DNA of 56,404 bases, counting the filler, from Dugesia japonica (taxonomy: Eukaryota), in assembly GCA_001938525.1 (NCBI GenBank). It is 3 parts of 3 records of this genome, joined end to end, with 100 filler letters (N's around TTAATTAATTAA, not from the genome) between each part and the next. Parts side by side here need not be neighbours in the genome. Positions count along the whole stretch, not along the records: positions 44,121 to 56,404 come from MQRL01567029.1; 2 more parts are not named here. One strand, 5' to 3'. Position numbers and translations under genes: made by a program. Below are positions 50,743 through 56,404 of this stretch, piece by piece (within the stretch, counting starts at the first letter, position 1; each line of letters opens with the position of its first letter). The notes below the pieces were generated by a model. It did not search any database. It was not told the DNA's origin and worked only from the letters and a program-made list of their open reading frames with translations.

Positions 50743-50905
50743 GATACGATGACATCTCCGCAAGCTAGTTGGGAATACGATTCGAGGCACTAAAGAAAAA
50801 TTATAGTTAAGTCGGTGAACCCCAAGTTTAGAATTTGGGGAAACAAAGTAGACAATATGCAAATCAATAATTTATTAAAGTTAATCAAAACTGTAAACAT
50901 AATAC

Positions 50906-51139
50906 TCAGGAGTGGTTAGTCTGAATGCCTTTATCGATCAAGAGGGGAGTCAAAGGTGTAGCTGCCNTCAACTTCAATATATTTCCCAAGAGTTGATTCT
51001 CACGCTCCTGATAAGATTTGATAATTTCAGTAAAAGTTTCGACATGTGTTTTCCATACCCTCTCTAGATTCTGGGTGGCGTCTACTTCAGATTTTAAAGA
51101 CAAACATTTCAGCTTGTAAAGTTTCTTTTCCGATTTCAA
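50906..51139 (-). CDS. Orphan coiled-coil-like ORF inside the putative LTR
   Basis: KSEKKLYKLKCLSLKSEVDATQNLERVWK...IIKSYQERENQLLGNILKL; no clear ATG. Confidence 0.45.
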   Translation of the reverse strand: MKSEKKLYKLKCLSLKSEVDATQNLERVWKTHVETFTEIIKSYQERENQLLGNILKLXAATPLTPLLIDKGIQTNHS

Positions 51140-51304
51140 ATGGTGAATTTTCGAATGGATCGAAGTGAATTTCTTTCTTTTTTATAATTAATTTAACCAC
51201 AATCAAAAGGATACTACTTTGATTTCCGTTTAAGGTAGAGTAAAAATTTCTTCGTATGTGATTAACTGGTATAATGCTATTTCTTCTCTCGATAAATTTC
51301 CGAT

Positions 51305-51520
51305 TTAGAGTATGTAGTTTAGTAGTTCACAATTATTACAAATTTGTTGTTTTTTGTTTCTAAATTCAAGGGATAGGATTTTCTGCACACCCCAACTTCT
51401 TCCAGATTTGTGGGTTTTTTTTAGACTGAAATTTTCCGATTTTATTGGTTCCAGTGACAATTTTCTAAAATTTTTACAGAGTTTTGGAAACTCAATTGGT
51501 GTGTATTTTTGGAATGACAC
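51305..51520 (-). CDS. Orphan basic ORF inside the putative LTR
   Basis: ORF track, 71 aa, ends with CNNC; co-oriented with its neighbours. Confidence 0.35.
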   Translation of the reverse strand: MSFQKYTPIEFPKLCKNFRKLSLEPIKSENFSLKKTHKSGRSWGVQKILSLEFRNKKQQICNNCELLNYIL

Positions 51521-51562
51521 ATGACAATTTGGTCTTTGTTTTATTTTTATTTTTTAGATCTC

Positions 51563-51742
51563 TCATTGGCCCGATCTTGAAAGCCCTGTAACAACCTTCT
51601 GGATGGTGGTAAATTTTTTCTTCCTAGCAATTTTGATGCGTCTTGTTATTTTCTTTTCGTATTTTCTTACCCGGGTTCTTTCCGATCTCCGTGAGTGAAG
51701 TATTTCGGCCAAAACAGAATTTTGACTAATTTCGCTTCTTTT
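51563..51742 (-). CDS. Arg/Lys-rich open frame inside the putative LTR (...LHSRRSERTRVRKYEKKITRRIKIARKKKF...)
   Basis: About 59 open codons with no ATG (below the ORF-track cutoff). Confidence 0.35.
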   Translation of the reverse strand, partial: KRSEISQNSVLAEILHSRRSERTRVRKYEKKITRRIKIARKKKFTTIQKVVTGLSRSGQ

Positions 51743-53629
51743 TTATTTTAAAATGAATTAATAATTTTCTGTTAATTAATTATTTTCCTTTAATGATTTC
51801 TTAATTTCTTCTTAGGAATTTAATAATTCTTTTTAATTCCAGTATTGATGTAAGTTGGTTTTATGTTACCCGGTTCTTCGTATTCATCTTCGATTTTGTT
51901 TCATTCTTTTCTAATGGTGGTTTCATGCTTTACCTTCTATATTTCATTATTGGTGAATATANNNNNNNNNNNNNNNNNNNNNNNNNNNNNNNNNNNNNNN
52001 NNNNNNNNNNNTTCATGCTTTACCTTCTATATTTCATTATTGGTGAATATAATGGTCCTGCCGTTCTTTTCCGTTGATTCGGGCCCTTCGGCCTTATTTC
52101 CTTTTAACGGGTGTTTCTCCCCAACAATTATAAAATTTTAAAAATTATTTTCTAAAATGAGGTTTAAAAATAATTATTTTGGAATTTAAAAAACCAATAT
52201 TTTTGAAAAATATTTTATTAAGATTTCTCAGATTATTTATTTGGAATTTGTGAATTGTTATTTCATATTTTTTTTTAAGAAAAGACTTGTAATAACCAAT
52301 AAACAATTTATTGAGACTTGTGAGACTTTAAATTTAACTAATAAACATATATCAAATTCGAGATTAAATTCAAATAAATTTCGAGATAAAAACAAAAGTG
52401 TGATTAGTTATATCATCAGATCGAATACAGAAATAAATTATAAAAACGGGTTATAAAAGAAACAACTCATAATCAAATTGGAAACAAAGCAAGTGGTGAG
52501 ATCAAGTTAAAGACAGAATCACTTCAAATCGAAAACAAAACCAAGTTAAAAGATCAAATTAAATATGGAAACAAATCCTGAAATGAAAATGAAAACAAAT
52601 TTAGTAAATGAATGAGAGCCGAATTTATTTTAATTTATGAAAACAGTTTGATTTATAAGATCAAATAGAAGTAAGGAAAAGCAGGAGTAATTTATGAAGA
52701 GACAACAAAATTATTGAGATTGAATGAATTAGATTACGATGATTGTAAAACAATTGTCATTGAGATCGGACGAAAGAGTTTGCGCAATGAGAAACCGAAT
52801 TCAATTGTCAAGGAGATCAAATTATAGTGCAGTAATCCAAACCTGATTATTGATGAAATTAAATGAAAAGTTCAATGAAAATTCAAAAATTGATTTGCTA
52901 GGTAAAATCAGAAAACCAAGGTAATTTATGAATCAAATAATTCACACGGTCGAATTAAAAGCCAAAATAATTTATGAGATGGTCGCTCGATTACCTGATA
53001 AGTTATATTTTCATTTCAATTTTTTTTTATTTTACTTTCTTAAAAAAATTTCTATTGTTTAAGTTTGTTTAAATTTTAATAATGAAATTGTAACTATTAT
53101 CTTTATATATAAAGTTAAATGTTTATTTGTGTTTGGTTATTTTTGAAATTCTATTGGACGAAAGTAAAACGAATGTCCAATTAAATGTCCAATTAATATT
53201 TTATTTCTCCTAATCAATTACAATAAAATTTATCTTATGTTTAAAAGAACTTATGTATAATGTAACTATAACTTTCCACCTTGCGTTAAACTTTATAATT
53301 TTGCTGAAAAAATATTATATAGTAGTCTTCTAAAAAAAGGAGTAAATTTTATTTTGTTTGCTAGATTCAAAGTAAAATGTTAAATGTTATTTACAACTAA
53401 ATATGTTATTTAAAAATAAATCAAATTTACATAATCAAAAAATCGAATTTTTAAAAAAAATTATAGTAAAAAANNNNNNNNNNNNNNNNNNNNNNNNNNN
53501 NNNNNNNNNNNNNNNNNNNNNNNNNNNNNNNNNNNNNNNNNNNNNNNNNNNNNNNNNNNNNNNNNNNNNNNNNNNNNNNNNNNNNNNNNNNCAAAAACAT
53601 CTGAAATAATTAGAATTGTAATAATATTG

Positions 53630-53920
53630 CACGTGAAACAGCGGGAAATGAGAAACAAGACATGAATCCCAAAGATTAAGAACTTTCACTACAAGATCTT
53701 GTGAAACGATAGAACAGAGAGAACCTAGACAGATTGCAAAGATTAAGACAAGCCACTTTTAGATTTAGACATTCTCAAAAAGATATTAAATTTCTCGCTT
53801 TTACTTCCAATTTAAATTTACATTGTCAGGATCTAGAGGAAATACAAATTTGCTTGATGAACAATATTTGGCACCATTGTGCCATATTAAAATTGAAAGA
53901 GAAAACGAAAATCTTTCGAA
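53630..53920 (+). mobile_element. Helitron Rep N-terminal remnant
   Basis: R.CETIEQREPR...RLRQA repeats; LAF...IQI..MNNI(C)HHC.ILK. Confidence 0.55.
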
Positions 53921-54480
53921 ATAACAAACAGAGCACGGTATTTAGATATTATTGTTGGAATAAGAATTATAAAAACAAATAAGATAGTAAATTCAAGTGG
54001 AAATATTACGTTCGGAAGATATTATACGACTCCCCATGAATGTTCTGTNCTTCAGAAAAATATTATAATTCAAAAGATAGATGAGGTTATAAAAGAATCC
54101 TATACTGTTGAAATAAAAACACCCAAGTAAATAAAAAAAGTCTCTTGAAATTACAGGTCTGTGTACCAAACCAAATCATCTTTACAATAAATTGAAAAAA
54201 TGCAGAGCTTACGATGAAAATGGAAAGCTGTTGATATATCAGATATTATGAATAAGTTGAAAGATAATTACAAAAATGTTTTATATTGCGTTGATCAAGC
54301 TAGTGTGACATCAATGTTTACATAATAATATATACTAAATGCAATTGAAAATGTAAAATATTTTCACATTGACTTACAAGGACTGTGATGCTGATTTTCC
54401 ACTTTNAGTATTTGATTACTCTGCTTAAATAGGATTTTTATTCTGTTAAGCGGTGAAGGTAAGGATACTTTGGTATATGT
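53921..54480 (+). pseudogene. Possible FLYWCH/MULE-type transposase remnant
   Basis: YYCWNKNYK..SGNIT..HEC; LNAIENVKYFHID; weak. Confidence 0.3.
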
Positions 54481-54604
54481 CTTTTGGTATATGTATATAC
54501 AACTAATTCGATAATTAATTGTTTTAAATACATTNNNNNNNNNNNNNNNNNNNNNNNNNNNNNNNNNNNNNNNNNNNNNNNNNNATTTTAATTATAATAA
54601 ATAA

Positions 54605-55050
54605 ATTTATCACATCCCCCTCTTCAATAACTAATTATATTTGGGATTTAGATTTCTAGTAGGACTAGTAAGATATCTTTTATTATTGACTTGTTTGTTC
54701 GTTCCTCTTCTGCTCTAAATACGTGTACTTTGAGATGCTGTCGTCTTGTCATTCTTGTCGATTTGTGGAATGTGTTTGATNTTTTTATAATTTNTGTNTA
54801 TTACTTGCTAACATTTTTCACTCTTTAAAATATAAGTTCATTCGTTATTAATTGAAATAATAATGGAGGGTCCAATAAATCTTTGACCAAATCATTCTCT
54901 GTTTTCGTTTCTCACCAATACCGGATCTCCCACATTTAGTTTTTTATTCTATCTTGTTCTATAATACTGTTTTGCTTTTCTATGGTTTATTGTTTTTACA
55001 TTCTATTTACCTTTTCTATGAATGAATTTTAATTCACCTTGTAGAATAAA
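54605..55050 (-). mobile_element. Gypsy 3' end: integrase GPY/F tail, polypurine tract and start of the 3' LTR
   Basis: KLNVGDPVLVRNENR..GQRFIGP; GAAGAGGGGGA|TGTG on minus at 54625-54611. Confidence 0.75.
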
Positions 55051-55149
55051 TAAAAACTGGTCATAACTTACTAGGTATTTTATGAGTGGCAAGCCGCCCG
55101 TAATCAAAGACTGTGCGTTAAAAAACCATTTGAGGAAATATTTTTTAAT

Positions 55150-55975
55150 TAAATTTATTTATGCAACTCATTTTGTCTTATTCGTTTCTATGCATTGAAC
55201 TTGCTCAGTAGATTTAATTTTCTTGACATAAGTGTCTTTCATTTGCTCGTTTTATGTTGTTCAATGAACCTCATGTTAGCTTTGATTTTTCTACTAACCA
55301 CCCGCCTTTTTTGGCACATCAATTTCTTCAGGAAGTTGCTTGATCATGTTCACCGTCATTTATTGATATTCTTCGACATCAGATGCTTCCCGCTTGCTCT
55401 CATTTTGATTATTTTGTTGAAATCGTATTTTGGACTTACATTTGGAAGACTTCGTTATAGACTACATCTGATAGTGATCGTGAAAAATCGAAAAGTCGAA
55501 AAGTAAAGTCATTTTTGAACTGGTCCCATAGATCGATAGGACTCGCAGGGTGACCAAAGTCGAGATTAAAAGCATGAATTTTTCATAAATTTTTCTTGTT
55601 CTTTTTTATAATAACTTCCATTAAAACTTTTAAAATTATCACCATTAAAGTTTACCATTTTTGAATTCTTTTCTTGGTCATTTTCTGAATAACTTTTATT
55701 CAATTTTTCAATTTTTTGGAANNNNNNNNNNNNNNNNNNNNNNNNNNNNNNNNNNNNNNNNNNNNNNNNNNTATTGATATTCTTCGACATCAGATGCTTC
55801 CCGCTTGCTCTCATTTTGATTATTTTGTTGAAATCGTATTTTGGAATTACATTTGGAAGACTTCGTTATAGACTACATCTGATATTGATCGTGAAAAATC
55901 GAAAAGTCGAAAAGTAAAGTCATCTTTGAACTGGTCCCATAGATCGATAGGACTCGCAGGGTGACCAAAGTCGAG
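55150..55975 (-). mobile_element. Helitron RepHel linker fragment (duplicated across a gap)
   Basis: FGHPASPIDLWDQFKNDF...DVVYNEVF resembles Helitron CxPSxPxxLWxxFKxDLSED...YNxAL. Confidence 0.45.
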
Positions 55976-56404
55976 ATTAAAAGCATGACTTTTTCATAAA
56001 TTTTTCTTGTTCTTTTTTATAATAACTTCCATTAAAACTTTTAAAATTATCACCATTGAAGTTTACCATTTTTGAATTCTTTTCTTGGTCATTTTCTGAA
56101 TAACTTTTATTCAATTTTTCAATTTTTTGGAACTTTAGTAAATTTTCAAATAAACAAACAAACAAACAGACATACACCACTGGGTTTTGAATATATTAAT
56201 GGAAAATTTTAAAAGGTAAAATAAAAATGTTCTGCCCATATTCATTTTATGTTAACTGAAAAATCTATATTATCACATAATATTCTCATTAGTGCCATAA
56301 TTTCCGATTCTTTTATTTCATTTTTTCAGTTGCAATTCAATATTATTCAAAATTCTGACAGTGCCTTGATTATCAACTTTGGCTTCATTAAACGATAAAT
56401 TTGT

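Larger units (their letters stand above)
50169..52126 (-). mobile_element. ~1.96-kb putative solo LTR carrying multiple ORFs
   Basis: Termini TGTTGGGG / CCCCAACA (perfect 8-bp IR, TG..CA); 4-bp TSD ATTA at 50165-68 and 52127-30; on minus: ORFs, then TATA-like (~50355), AATAAA (50327-32), then hairpin-rich end. Confidence 0.75.

Noticed and set aside
55362-56131. Near-identical tandem duplications flanking 50-N gaps (also 12463-12650, 23278-23825, 32886-33054, 51923-52050)
   Set aside because: Typical unmerged contig or haplotype overlaps at scaffold gaps, not biological repeats

Overview
Very AT-rich, gap-rich eukaryotic (animal) draft DNA, not a prokaryotic locus. Two identical 100-nt spacers (44 N + TTAATTAATTAA + 44 N, at 30318-30417 and 44021-44120) show that three scaffolds were joined artificially. 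Most of the sequence is decayed transposable elements: Gypsy LTR elements, Penelope-like elements (one with an intact minimal hammerhead ribozyme), mariner, pogo/Tigger, hAT, Merlin, piggyBac and PIF MITEs, Helitron pieces and an R2/NeSL-type RT. Host content is an UNC5-type death-domain terminal exon and one unknown minus-strand exon. Two things stand out. (1) Scaffold 1 carries at least 14 AG/GT-flanked micro-exons of 18-33 nt on the + strand, all multiples of 3, all phase 1 and all stop-free, spread over about 25 kb between the TEs. This is a candidate micro-exon gene (MEG-like architecture) that the ORF track cannot show. (2) A ~1.96-kb element at 50169-52126 (TGTTGGGG...CCCCAACA, ATTA target duplication) looks like a solo LTR whose U3 carries several co-oriented orphan ORFs followed by a multi-hairpin end. 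Similar orphan coiled-coil/acidic-tail ORFs occur at 31793-32182 and 1361-1594. All family calls are from motif recognition by eye; no database searches were run.
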